64,000 bases of DNA from a delta proteobacterium MLS_D (GCA_002030015.1 LQBH01000013.1:145218-209217); one strand, 5' to 3'. Counted from the first letter of the stretch, positions 18,210 to 27,961 are shown. Numbers and translations are program-made. Notes: generated from the sequence alone by a model not told the origin.

Positions 18210-18551
18210 TCTCCTTCCTTTATTTCGGATTTCCAGATTACTTTGCCGGACCTTGTCCATTCTCGAAAAAACGGTGATGACACATGTAGGATTCTAGCCG
18301 CCTTTATGCGGGTTTTGCAAACACATATACACGGGAACAATTAATAATAACATCATTCGTCCTCGCGTGTACACGGCACGAACCCTGTCATGTTCCGTTA
18401 TTCTAGGAGGGGCCTGAATCCGGTTTTTACGATGAAACATCGATTTCTTGACATAACTGCTTAGAAATATTAGCGTAAACAAACTATGCCGTTATTCTGT
18501 TATAGGATGAAAATTCAGGTTCCTGCTGTTTTTAGTTGAAAAGGAGCATTT

Positions 18552-18887
18552 ATGAAAAGAAAGGGAAGTTACAGTCACAATTATGATCCTGATAGACTTC
18601 GTGAATTAATTCAGGACGGAAAAAGCGCCAGAGAGATTATGAGGGAGCTGAAAATCTCCAAGTACAGCCTCCAGGAACAGTTGCTCATGCTGCAGGTTGA
18701 GGACAAGAAGCTGTACATCATCAAGGACCTGCTGGATTTTAAGACAGAAGAGGAAAAGAAATGGACGAAGTACAAGAAAGACGGAGTAATATTTTCGGAA
18801 AGGATGCTGGAATTCACCGGGTTTAAACCGGGTGATGCGTTTGAAATGGTAGTCGAGGAAGGCCGAATAATTCTCAAAAAGATATAA
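18552..18887 (+). CDS. Small putative DNA-binding protein (N-terminal HTH-like, C-terminal AbrB/SpoVT-like)
   Basis: SAREIMRELKISKYSLQE is HTH-like. GFKPGDAFEMVVEEGRIILKKI resembles an AbrB/MazE swapped-hairpin C-terminus. An AAAGGAG RBS is present. Confidence 0.4.
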   Translation: MKRKGSYSHNYDPDRLRELIQDGKSAREIMRELKISKYSLQEQLLMLQVEDKKLYIIKDLLDFKTEEEKKWTKYKKDGVIFSERMLEFTGFKPGDAFEMVVEEGRIILKKI

Positions 18888-18918
18888 TGCCATAAACTGA
18901 AAATCAGCTGCAGAAGGG

Positions 18919-20490
18919 GTGATGATGGACGATAAACATGATTTATCATCTGAGTTGCGGAAGGTGCACACCTGGAAGAATCTCAGTCGCAAGGGTCTCA
19001 GATACGATATTCAACCCTGGGTTTTTTTCGGGGGAGCCGGAATTATCCTTCTCGGCGTTATATCAACACTTATTGCCGGCGAAAAAGCCGAAGCTTTTTT
19101 TGGTTTGATTCAAAGCTGGATTGCAAGCATGACGGGGTGGTTTTTCATTCTTGTCATGAATGTCGCCTTTGTTTTCTGTATTGTTCTTTTATTATCCAAG
19201 TATTCAAAGATGCGTCTCGGCGGCGAGGACGCCGAACCGGAATTCAGCCTGGCAGGCTGGTTTGCGATGCTGTTCAGCGCCGGCATGGGAATCGGCCTGC
19301 TTTTTTACGGGGTCGCGGAACCGATGTTTCATTATGTCGCCAATCCCTTTAGCGAACCGGGCACGGTTGAATCAGCGAAAAAGGCAATGGAGCTGACGTT
19401 TTTGCACTGGGGCTTTCATCCGTGGGCCATTTACGCGCTTGTCGGATTGGGACTCGGCTTTTTTGGTTTTTCCAGGGGACTGCCGCTGTCGATACGCAAC
19501 ATATTTCACCCATTGCTTGGTGACCGAATTTATGGACCTGTCGGAAATGTAATCGACATTCTCGCGACTATCGCCACGATGTTTGGTGTCGCGACATCAC
19601 TCGGACTCGGCGTTCAGCAGATAAACGCGGGACTCAATCACCTGTTCGGAGTGCCGCAGAACGTGGTGATACAGGCAATCCTGATTGCAGCGATCACGGC
19701 TGTCGCGACGTGGTCAGTCGTTCGCGGCCTGGATTCGGGAATAAAGTTATTGAGCCAGATCAATATGGTGGTCGCCGGTTTGTTAATGGTTTTTGTGCTC
19801 ATACTCGGACCCACGCTCTTCATTATTAACGGAATACTTGAAAACACGGGCAATTATATTCAAAACCTTCCCTCCCTGTCCCTGTGGTCGGAGTCGTTCA
19901 GTGAAAAAGGCTGGCAGGCCGCCTGGACGATATTTTACTGGGGCTGGTGGATAGCGTGGTCGCCCTTTGTCGGCATGTTTATAGCCCGCATCTCCTTTGG
20001 CAGAACAATACGTGAATATATTCTCGCCGTTCTGATAGTACCCGTCGCCGTTACCATCGTCTGGATGACGGTTTTCGGAAACAGCGCCATTTTCATCGAA
20101 CATTTCGGCGCGGGGGGTATGGCAAAAGCGGTCCAGGAAAATATTCCCGTATCGCTCTTTATTTTCCTCGAAAATTTCCCCTTTTCCCTGGTTACTTCGT
20201 TGACAGCAGTGGTCGTAATCATCACTTTTTTTGTCACATCGTCGGACTCGGGATCAATGGTTATCGATATCATTACGGCGGGCGGCACCCCCGATCCGCC
20301 CAGGCCGCAGCGCATATTCTGGGCCGTGTTAGAGGGCGTTGTTGCCGCGGTGCTTCTCGTCGGCGGCGGGTTGATAGCGTTGCAAACGGCTGCGATTATT
20401 ACCGGGTTTCCGTTCGCGATTATTATCCTGGTTATGTGCTGGTCGTTGTTCAAGGGGCTGCTGGAAGATTGGGAAGAGTATTACGAATAA
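18919..20490 (+). CDS. BCCT-family (betaine/carnitine/choline) transporter
   Basis: 523 aa with about 12 TM. AGWFAMLFSAGMGIGLLFYGVAEP and WTIFYWGWWIAWSPFVGMFIARIS are the BCCT signature. Confidence 0.9.
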   Translation: MMMDDKHDLSSELRKVHTWKNLSRKGLRYDIQPWVFFGGAGIILLGVISTLIAGEKAEAFFGLIQSWIASMTGWFFILVMNVAFVFCIVLLLSKYSKMRLGGEDAEPEFSLAGWFAMLFSAGMGIGLLFYGVAEPMFHYVANPFSEPGTVESAKKAMELTFLHWGFHPWAIYALVGLGLGFFGFSRGLPLSIRNIFHPLLGDRIYGPVGNVIDILATIATMFGVATSLGLGVQQINAGLNHLFGVPQNVVIQAILIAAITAVATWSVVRGLDSGIKLLSQINMVVAGLLMVFVLILGPTLFIINGILENTGNYIQNLPSLSLWSESFSEKGWQAAWTIFYWGWWIAWSPFVGMFIARISFGRTIREYILAVLIVPVAVTIVWMTVFGNSAIFIEHFGAGGMAKAVQENIPVSLFIFLENFPFSLVTSLTAVVVIITFFVTSSDSGSMVIDIITAGGTPDPPRPQRIFWAVLEGVVAAVLLVGGGLIALQTAAIITGFPFAIIILVMCWSLFKGLLEDWEEYYE

Positions 20491-20543
20491 GTGAAAAGGA
20501 TCCCGACGAAGCCTCATCGGGATCCCGCTGGTAATCTGAGGCG

Positions 20544-21479
20544 ATGACAGAGGTCTGGATCATGGTCAAATGGCACTACCTGTTTACTGTGGTATTCCTG
20601 GTATCGGCGCTTTTTGTGAACGGAGCTTCAACAGCGTACGGCCAGGAGGAAAAACCGACGGTCCGCCTTGCATACGTTGAATGGTCGTCGGAAATAGCCA
20701 GCACAAACCTGGTAAAGGTGATTATTGAAGAAGAGTTGGGATATCCCTGTGAGATAACAGCCATGACCACGGACAATATGTGGCGGGCGGTCGCCGAGGG
20801 CGAAGTCGACGCGATGGTCGCGGCATGGCTTCCCGGTACACACGCTCATTTCTATGAACAGTACGGCGAATGCGTGGACGACCTTGGTCCCAATCTCGAA
20901 GGTACGCGTACCGGCCTCGTGGTGCCGCAGGTGGCCCCGGGAAGGCAGACTGCTCGTTCCGGCCTTAAAAACGAACCGTATATCACGATCGATTCAATTC
21001 CCGAGATAAAGGAACATGTCGACAAATTCCGCGGCCGGATAATCGGGATTGATCCCGAGGCCGGCATTATGCGTCAGACAAGGGAAGCCATGAAGGTATA
21101 CGGGCTTGAGGACATGAAACTGGTATCGGGAAGCGAAATTTCGATGACCGCGGAGCTGGCAAGCGCCATAAGAAAACTGGACTGGATCGTTATCACCGGG
21201 TGGGTGCCCCACTGGAAATTCGCCCGCTACAGGTTGAAGTTTCTTGATGATCCGGAAAAAGTGTACGGCGGCGAGGAAACTATCCACACGATGGTTCGCG
21301 AAGGACTCAAAGAAGACATGCCTGAAATTTACGCGTTCCTCGACAATTTTTACTGGACACCGGAGGACATGGAGCAGCTTATGCTGTGGATCGAAGCCCG
21401 GAAGGGCGTATATCCCGAGGACAGCGCACACCGGTGGATGAGCTATCACCGGGACAGGGTTCGGGAATGGCTTCCCTGA
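20544..21479 (+). CDS. Glycine-betaine-binding protein (OpuAC/ProX-like substrate-binding domain)
   Basis: Signal peptide, then VRLAYVEWSSEIASTNLVKVIIEEELGY...DAMVAAWLPGTH, typical of OpuAC. The true start may be ATG 20562. Confidence 0.8.
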   Translation: MTEVWIMVKWHYLFTVVFLVSALFVNGASTAYGQEEKPTVRLAYVEWSSEIASTNLVKVIIEEELGYPCEITAMTTDNMWRAVAEGEVDAMVAAWLPGTHAHFYEQYGECVDDLGPNLEGTRTGLVVPQVAPGRQTARSGLKNEPYITIDSIPEIKEHVDKFRGRIIGIDPEAGIMRQTREAMKVYGLEDMKLVSGSEISMTAELASAIRKLDWIVITGWVPHWKFARYRLKFLDDPEKVYGGEETIHTMVREGLKEDMPEIYAFLDNFYWTPEDMEQLMLWIEARKGVYPEDSAHRWMSYHRDRVREWLP

Positions 21480-21602
21480 CGGGGGAAAAGGAAACTTTCT
21501 TCGGTTCATCGGGAATGCCATCCCTAACGAGAAAACAGAGCCAATCCCGATCGGCGATTGTCGTACCGGCAAATCGAGGGCGGCGGTTCCGTCCCCGTGT
21601 CA

Positions 21603-22292
21603 TTATTCTCCCGCGAGTATTCGGAGTGTTTCCGTGGGGGACTTTCCCAGCCTCGCGGCCAGGCTTCTCAGCCGGTCATCCGGTTTTGCCTCAATTCCCT
21701 GCGATTCAAGCCGTGGAATGACGTCTTCCCACGAAAGCCCCTGTTCCTCGACAACTTCCTCCAGGGTTTTTCTTCCCATTCCAGAACTGTGACCGTTTCC
21801 GGCCTGGCTGGATACGTCGCTTCCGGCAGGGTCCTTAAAAGCCTCGGACTTTGTGCTCGAGGAAGGCGTTGTTGAGCCGTCTTGTTCCCACCTGTCAGTG
21901 AAATATTTTCCAAGATCCATGACGGTGCTAAAGGGGGGAACATTCCACACGGAACCAAAGAACAGGACAAGACAAAGCACCGAAGCCGCCGCCAATTCAC
22001 GTTTTAGAGTCAGAACCTTTCGGGCCTTGTTCCAGACATAATGAGCGAAGATTTTCCAGTTGTAATACAAGTGAATGACCGCGATGAAAAAAAGAACAAA
22101 CCCGAAAATGGTATGTAACGCGATCCATTGGTCTTTTGTGAGTCCCCAGAGCTTCCACATGGTCCAGTCGGCGACCCTGTGCTGAGGAGCAATATAAAGA
22201 ATAACCCCGGAGATGAAGTCTATGACAAAGGAGATGGTGAGCACAAACGTCGTACATCCCCGCCAGTGAAATATTTTCTTGTTTTTCGTCAT
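21603..22292 (-). CDS. DUF4405-like membrane protein (cytochrome-b-like 4 TM)
   Basis: The start was trimmed from 22568 to ATG 22292 because the upstream part overlaps the thioesterase gene. TM pattern with conserved His residues (IALHTIFGFVLFFIAVIHLYYNWK). Confidence 0.5.
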   Translation of the reverse strand: MTKNKKIFHWRGCTTFVLTISFVIDFISGVILYIAPQHRVADWTMWKLWGLTKDQWIALHTIFGFVLFFIAVIHLYYNWKIFAHYVWNKARKVLTLKRELAAASVLCLVLFFGSVWNVPPFSTVMDLGKYFTDRWEQDGSTTPSSSTKSEAFKDPAGSDVSSQAGNGHSSGMGRKTLEEVVEEQGLSWEDVIPRLESQGIEAKPDDRLRSLAARLGKSPTETLRILAGE

Positions 22293-22306
22293 GGATCGGC
22301 TGTTTC

Positions 22307-22693
22307 TTATTTTGCCAGTATATGATTGGTCGTCACGTCCGCGATAAGCCTTTCCTCTTCTCCGTAAACGCAGGTCCGAACGGTGCTCACGGTTTTGCCC
22401 CGCTTCACGAATGACGAGATCGCCCTGAACACGCCTTCCGTCTGGTTGCTGATGAAATTGGCGTTCAGCGTAATGGCAAGAGGAAACCCCTTCTGGCCTG
22501 TTGTTGCCCGTTCCCCCGGCCGGAAAGAGCCGAAAACCAGTATTGTGGCCAGGATATCCGCGAACCACAGCATCGCCCCCACGTGAACAACGCCGTAAGG
22601 GTTCTTGATGCCGTCATGAATGGGCATTTCACCCACGACGCGGTCGGGGGTCTGCTCAACAACAGAAAATCTAATCGAACCTTCGTAATCCAT
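22307..22693 (-). CDS. PaaI/hotdog-fold thioesterase
   Basis: 128 aa. GVVHVGAMLWFADILAT and the overall hotdog pattern. Confidence 0.7.
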   Translation of the reverse strand: MDYEGSIRFSVVEQTPDRVVGEMPIHDGIKNPYGVVHVGAMLWFADILATILVFGSFRPGERATTGQKGFPLAITLNANFISNQTEGVFRAISSFVKRGKTVSTVRTCVYGEEERLIADVTTNHILAK

Positions 22694-22815
22694 GTGTTCT
22701 CCTTTTGCAGTTCCGAATCAGAGGAACGGTAGTATTAACGTTCCCGTGCCAAATAGGGGACACACGTCCCGTATTTTTGTTGGAAGAATAATTCAAAACA
22801 GAGAATATTTTTGTC

Positions 22816-23142
22816 ATGCAGAGAGTAATCGTGATTTCAGCGCCACAGTAACCGTACCCTGTCATCAAGCGAGGTAATAACCGCGTCGATGTGTTCTTTG
22901 ATGACAAGAATAAAGCACCATATCTCGTTTCCGAAAAAATGTCGAGATCGGTTTTCTGGAGGAAAACAGGGAACCCCAGAACACCGTTCCAGCGAGTCAT
23001 GGAATCGGAATCGACGCATGTGGAAGAATCGATCAAAAGGAAGCTCGCCAGGCAGCTTGAAGGACTCAATCCCTTCGTGCTAAGAAAAGCCATCGATACA
23101 CGGATTAGAAAAGTCTCTGCCGTCAACACCATACGTCGGTAA
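22816..23142 (+). pseudogene. Remnant of an IS200-like/REP-associated tyrosine transposase-like (COG1943) gene with in-frame stop
   Basis: MQRVIVISAPQ-TAA-PYPVIKRGNNRVDVFFDDKNK resembles the YHV(I/M)SRGN..(D/E)IF.DD.D N-terminal block of COG1943 proteins. The rest is divergent. The call is tentative. Confidence 0.3.
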
Positions 23143-23159
23143 CATTTATGTATGAAGCA
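23080..23159 (+). repeat. Left copy of ~80-bp direct repeat
   Basis: CTAAGAAAAGCCATCGATACACGGATTAGAAAAGTCTCTGCCGTCAACACCATACGTCGGTAACATTT...TATGAAGCA. The 68-nt core differs at 2 positions from the copy at 32551..32629. Confidence 0.85.
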
Positions 23160-23560
23160 AGGCGTCACCTTATGAATCTCTTTGTCGCCATACGGCTTCG
23201 AACCTGGCGGTTTGCCCTTGAATAGGGACAAACCTTACGACAGAAAACGGTTCTTTGTACAATAGATGTCAAGGTGTTTCCGCAGAGCATGAAAAAACTG
23301 ATCTATCCCGGAAATCGACCGACGGGGGGTGTTTTGATCCGGGTTCTGTGATCACTCCGGCCGTATAATAATTTTCAGGACATCAAATGGCTCATACTCC
23401 CGTGAACCAAGAATCAATCACGGATTGTTGGGGTCTGTCGCATAGAGAATTTTTTAATGGAAAACGACATAGTTTGTCTCCTTTCCCAAGTTTGCTGGGA
23501 CAGAGAAATTGATATTTTCAACCTCCCTCACAATCACATTTTACCCTGTGGCAATCCCGG

Positions 23561-25561
23561 TTATCCCCCGCCCGATTTCAATGCCCTCTGTGCCTCTTCT
23601 TTGCTTTCGTACATGCTTGATATTACTTGCTTCTCCTCAAGGGCTTCTCCGATTTTCATCCGAGCAAAGGCGTTTGTTGAGTAGCGTGTCGTGTTGATGT
23701 AACAATCCTTAACGAGTTTCTTAACCATTTCCGTGTACTCATCAATCAGGTGCGGCAGGATGTTGAAATTGTCATAATTGACGATGGTATAGACTTTTTT
23801 CCCGACGGGTCCGAGGATATTCCTCACCGCACGGTCTATTTCCTGAATTTGTTCGCTCAATTTAACATGGTATCCCTCGAAGTTGACGAAGAAAAGATTC
23901 TCCTCGGAGTTATAGGTCAGACGTTCCTCCAAGGGAATGCTGATGAGATCAGTCTCCAAGCCCATTGGTTCGGGACAGAAGATCCTCTCATCCATGAGAC
24001 GGAGATTTTTGATGACTGGTTTAAAGTCCATCAGGGCGAGGATGTCCTTCTCAAGGTCAATTCCGGGTGCGATCTCGATAAGCTCAAGCCCTTCACTGGT
24101 CAATGCAAAGACACAACGCTCGGTTACATACCGCACATATTGCCTCTGTTCCGCACTGTATTTCCCTCCGAATGTCATATGGTCGACTTGACTTACGAAC
24201 TTTTTCGCCTTTCCTTCTTGGTCGATTTGGAGCTGTTTGTCGTTCACGGAGACCTTCAGCCCAGCCGCTGTAAATGTACCAACGAATATACACTTCTTCG
24301 CGCACTGGCTGATATTGATAAATCCGCCGCACCCGGCGAGTTTCGGGCCGAACTTGCTGACATTGACATTTCCGTCCTTGTCTGTTTCGGCCATGCCGAG
24401 GCAGGTGATGTCCAGACCGCCGCCGTCATAGAAATCGAACTGATAGGGTTGGTCAATAAGGCAATCGGTGTTGGTGGCGGCGCCGAAGTTCAGCCCCCCG
24501 GCGGGCACCCCGCCGATAACGCCCGGTTCGGCGGTAAGGGTGAAATATTTCAGGATCTTTTCTTCGTTGGCGACATTCGCGACGCCTTCGGGAATGCCGA
24601 TTCCGAGATTAACGATATCATTAACTCTCAGCTCGAATGCCGCCCTTCTCGCGATGATTTTTCTCGCGTCCATTGCCAAGGGAGCCAACGAATCCAGAGG
24701 AACTTTTGTTTCGCCGCTGAAAGAGGGATTATAGACCTCAGCAAAGGTCTGCCAGTGGTTCTCGGGACGGGCGACAACGACGCAGTCAACCATGATTCCG
24801 GGCACCTTCACCTGTCTGGAATTCAAGGTTCCCTTCTCGGCGATCCGTTCAACCTGAGCGATGACAACACCGTTAGAATTCTTAACAGCGGTCGCAATGG
24901 AAAGATTCTCCAGGGTCAGCGCCTCCTTCTCCATAGTTATGTTGCCGTCCGTATCGGACGTCGTGCCCCGTATCAGTCCGACATTTATGGGCATGAGCTT
25001 ATAGGCAAGATACTGTATGCCATCAAATTCAACCAACTCCACAATATCATCTTCGGTTATATCATTAAACTTTCCGCCTCCATACCGTGGATCTACATAT
25101 GTTCCCATCCCAACGCTCGAGATGGTTCTGGGTTTATGGGCAGCGGTATCCCTGTACATGTGAGATATCACCCCCTGGGGCAGATTGTAGGCGATGATTT
25201 TGTTTTCGCTTGCCAGTTGCCCCAGCTTGGGTGCCAGTCCCCAGTGTCCCCCGATGACTCTTTTTACCAAGCCTTCGTGGGCAAAGTGGTTTAAACCCTT
25301 ATCTTTCCCGTCGCCCTGGCCGGCTGCATACATGAGGGTGAGGTCACGGGGATGACCGGTTCTTAGAAAAAAAGCTTCAACCGCAATGGCGATCTCCTCG
25401 GCAAAGCATGTTCCGACAAACCCGCCGAATGCAATTGTGTCTCCGTCTTGTATCAGTTGAACAGCCTCTTCCGAGGTGACCACTTTATTCCGAGCCCGCA
25501 TGACGCCCCGTAGGATGGGATGGCCGCTCTTCGTGTTTGAGGGGGTTCCGTTTAAAACCAT
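23561..25561 (-). CDS. Acyl-CoA:acetate/3-ketoacid CoA-transferase family protein (long form)
   Basis: 666 aa. The N-terminus (EEAVQLIQDGDTIAFGGFVG...GLNHFAHEGLVKRVIGGHWG) and overall layout are typical of COG4670/propionate CoA-transferase-like enzymes. An AAGGAGA RBS is present. Confidence 0.8.
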   Translation of the reverse strand: MVLNGTPSNTKSGHPILRGVMRARNKVVTSEEAVQLIQDGDTIAFGGFVGTCFAEEIAIAVEAFFLRTGHPRDLTLMYAAGQGDGKDKGLNHFAHEGLVKRVIGGHWGLAPKLGQLASENKIIAYNLPQGVISHMYRDTAAHKPRTISSVGMGTYVDPRYGGGKFNDITEDDIVELVEFDGIQYLAYKLMPINVGLIRGTTSDTDGNITMEKEALTLENLSIATAVKNSNGVVIAQVERIAEKGTLNSRQVKVPGIMVDCVVVARPENHWQTFAEVYNPSFSGETKVPLDSLAPLAMDARKIIARRAAFELRVNDIVNLGIGIPEGVANVANEEKILKYFTLTAEPGVIGGVPAGGLNFGAATNTDCLIDQPYQFDFYDGGGLDITCLGMAETDKDGNVNVSKFGPKLAGCGGFINISQCAKKCIFVGTFTAAGLKVSVNDKQLQIDQEGKAKKFVSQVDHMTFGGKYSAEQRQYVRYVTERCVFALTSEGLELIEIAPGIDLEKDILALMDFKPVIKNLRLMDERIFCPEPMGLETDLISIPLEERLTYNSEENLFFVNFEGYHVKLSEQIQEIDRAVRNILGPVGKKVYTIVNYDNFNILPHLIDEYTEMVKKLVKDCYINTTRYSTNAFARMKIGEALEEKQVISSMYESKEEAQRALKSGGG

Positions 25562-25600
25562 GGCATGTCTCCTTAAGAATAATTTTAGATGTATGAGTTT

Positions 25601-26017
25601 TTATTTCGGCGGACTGACCACGGCCTCGCCTTCCAATACCGTGATTCCGTCCTGATTGTAGCAGGTGGTTTTTAGCCGCACCTTGTTCTTGACGGCCGTG
25701 ATTTCTATAATTTCCGCCTTGGCGGTAATGGTATCGCCTATCCTGACCGGGGCCAGGAACTTGAGGCTCTGATCAAGGTAGATTGTTCCGGGGCCTGGCA
25801 GTTTCATCGCTATAACCGTTGAAATAAAACCCGCCGACAGCATGCCGTGGGCGATACGTGTCTTGAAAAAGGTGCTTTTCGCATACTCTTCGTTGGTGTG
25901 CGCCGGGTTAAAATCGCCGCTTACGCCGGCATAGAGATAAATATCCGCCTCGGAAATCGTTTTAGCAAAATCCGCCTGATCACCGACCTCTAGTTCTTCT
26001 ATGGTCTTTCCGTGCAT
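25601..26017 (-). CDS. MaoC-like (R)-specific enoyl-CoA hydratase / dehydratase
   Basis: 138 aa. The hydratase-2 motif is YAGVSGDFNPAHT. Hotdog fold. Confidence 0.85.
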   Translation of the reverse strand: MHGKTIEELEVGDQADFAKTISEADIYLYAGVSGDFNPAHTNEEYAKSTFFKTRIAHGMLSAGFISTVIAMKLPGPGTIYLDQSLKFLAPVRIGDTITAKAEIIEITAVKNKVRLKTTCYNQDGITVLEGEAVVSPPK

Positions 26018-26082
26018 ATTCTGTTCACCTCGCTAAGATTAGGGTAAGTTGCAATTCTAAAATGATAATATGATCTGAATAT

Positions 26083-26098
26083 CTCAAGAAACATGCCA
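26083..26098 (-). promoter_or_regulatory. Candidate sigma54-like promoter with atypical -12 (TTGA) upstream of MaoC/CoA-transferase
   Basis: The minus strand reads TGGCATGTTTCTTGAG, with a perfect -24 TGGCA and correct spacing. The -12 is TTGA instead of TTGC. It lies about 66 nt upstream of the 26017 start. Confidence 0.3.
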
Positions 26099-26233
26099 GG
26101 ACGGAAAGCGGAGGAGAGATAAAAGTTCAAGGTTAGGAAATATCAAGCAGGCTCTCTGTTCGGTCGGCGAAAAGCCACTTGGAGAGTTGCCGGAAAGGGG
26201 GGTGTTGAGATAACCGGGAGTGTATCAGCAAGG

Positions 26234-27682
26234 CTACACTGTAGATACCCCGCTGCCGTCGTGAAGGGGGATATTATGTTTTTTCATCTTCTTGTACAAT
26301 AAGGTACGATGAATACCCAAAATCTTTGAGGCTTGTTGCTTGTTGTACTTCGCACTAGTAAGTGCGTGGAGAAGCGCCTCTCTTTCGGCTTCTTCATGTA
26401 CATTTTTCAGGGAGATCTTGTCTGTATCAAGAGATATAAGGTGCTGTCTTTTTTTACTGGGTGGCAGGGTCCGCCTCAAATAAAAGGGGAGATCTTCGGG
26501 GTAAATGGTATGGCCCTCCAGAGCCGAAAGCGTCCTTTCAAGTACATTCTGAAGCTCCCTCGTGTTCCCCGGCCAGTTGCTCTTCTTCAATAATTCCTCG
26601 GCCTCGGGTGTGATTGATATTTCGGATATATCGACATTTTCTGTAAGATTCTTCAGTAAATGCCTGGCAAGGGGGATGATATCATCTCTCCGTTCGCGCA
26701 GGGGAGGGATGTGGAGCGATATAACGTTCAAACGATAAAAAAGGTCAAGTCGAAACCTCTTTTCCGGAACCATCTCTTCGAGGTTCTGATTGGTGGCAGC
26801 GATAAGGCGGAAGTCGGAATGAACCGCCGCCGTTCCTCCCAACCGAGTAAATTCCTTGTCCTCGAGGACCCTCAAAAGCTTCGGTTGCATGTCAAGGGAC
26901 ATGTCGCCGATCTCGTCCAGGAATATGGTGCCGTTATCAGCCAGTTCAAACTTTCCTTTCTTGCCGCTGCTACTGGCCCCGGTGAAGGCTCCTTTTTCAT
27001 ATCCGAACAGTTCCGATTCGATCAATTCCTTCGGAATAGCTGAACAGTTGAGGCGAACAAAGGGATACACCTTCCGGGAACTGGCACTGTGGATTGCATG
27101 GGCGAAAAGTTCTTTGCCGGTGCCGCTTTCACCCGTTATCAGTACGGTGAAAGAGTTGGCCGCCGCCTTTATGGCTTCTTGTTTCAGGGAGAGCATGGAC
27201 TCGCTCACCCCGACAATGTTGTCAAATGTAAAGCGCCTTGATCGAAGGCTGAGGAGTTCTCTTTCATACTCTTTCACCTTTGTCTCCAGAGTGGAAAGTT
27301 TCTTGGCGAGTTTTGTTAAATCTTTGGTATTCTTGAACATCACTTGGCCGTACACGGCGGTCACTTTGTCGCCCTCCTTTATGGGAATGCGCTGGACCAC
27401 CATATTCTGCCCCTTGATCAAATGAGAATGGTTAATTTCGGGGATCCCCGTTTTTGCCACAATGTGCATTCTGGAGTTCTCAACAACTTCAGTGCAATGC
27501 TTGCCGATTTGCTTCTCCGGGTCTACATTGAGAAACTTGCCGTAGGGCTTATTAAAGTGGGTCACGTAACCATCCGCGTCTGTAACGACAGCGCCATTGT
27601 ATATGCTGTCGAAGACCAGCGGATCGATTCTAAGCTGATTCGTTATCTTCTTTAAAGACTTACGTTCCTTTGACGGAATAAT
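26234..27682 (-). CDS. Sigma54-dependent transcriptional activator (PAS + AAA+ + HTH), activator B; probable non-ATG start
   Basis: Walker A GESGTGKELFAHAIH, GAFTGA, IFLDEIGD, WPGNTRELQN, and the HTH QASKILGIHRTLLYKKM. The ORF-track GTG (27565) would cut the PAS domain. The frame stays open to 27700 and encodes ...LRIDPLVFDSIYNGAVVTDADGYV. An AAGGAGG RBS (27691-27697) lies 8 nt before ATT 27682. Confidence 0.8.
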   Translation of the reverse strand: MIPSKERKSLKKITNQLRIDPLVFDSIYNGAVVTDADGYVTHFNKPYGKFLNVDPEKQIGKHCTEVVENSRMHIVAKTGIPEINHSHLIKGQNMVVQRIPIKEGDKVTAVYGQVMFKNTKDLTKLAKKLSTLETKVKEYERELLSLRSRRFTFDNIVGVSESMLSLKQEAIKAAANSFTVLITGESGTGKELFAHAIHSASSRKVYPFVRLNCSAIPKELIESELFGYEKGAFTGASSSGKKGKFELADNGTIFLDEIGDMSLDMQPKLLRVLEDKEFTRLGGTAAVHSDFRLIAATNQNLEEMVPEKRFRLDLFYRLNVISLHIPPLRERRDDIIPLARHLLKNLTENVDISEISITPEAEELLKKSNWPGNTRELQNVLERTLSALEGHTIYPEDLPFYLRRTLPPSKKRQHLISLDTDKISLKNVHEEAEREALLHALTSAKYNKQQASKILGIHRTLLYKKMKKHNIPLHDGSGVSTV

Positions 27683-27847
27683 CGGGGTTGCCTCCTTTAT
27701 CTATCTATAAAGTGTACCAAAAAAACTACATGTTACCATTCTAATACTTATTCGCTCTTCTGTTTGTCAACTATTTTTTTCACGTTAGTCGAGATATCCC
27801 GCGTCAAATCACGAATACAATGGAACCTTTCCGGCGGGACGGCACGC

Positions 27848-27863
27848 TGGTCTGAAACTTGCA
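27848..27863 (+). promoter_or_regulatory. Candidate sigma54 (-24/-12) promoter of operon B
   Basis: TGGTCTGAAACTTGCA has GG-N10-GC spacing and a TTGCA -12. It lies about 100 nt upstream of ATG 27962 and is divergent from activator B. Confidence 0.55.
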
Positions 27864-27961
27864 TCACTGGGAACTACTGAAAAGGTTGTGAAGCGCTTTG
27901 TGGAAGGTACCCTTCGCACAGGCGATATTGTGAGTTAACAATTACCGAAAGGAGAAGTATT

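Noticed and set aside
23750-25294. 514-aa ORF antisense to the CoA-transferase
   Set aside because: It is a shadow ORF. It has no motifs and no RBS, and the opposite strand carries a convincing CoA-transferase with an RBS.
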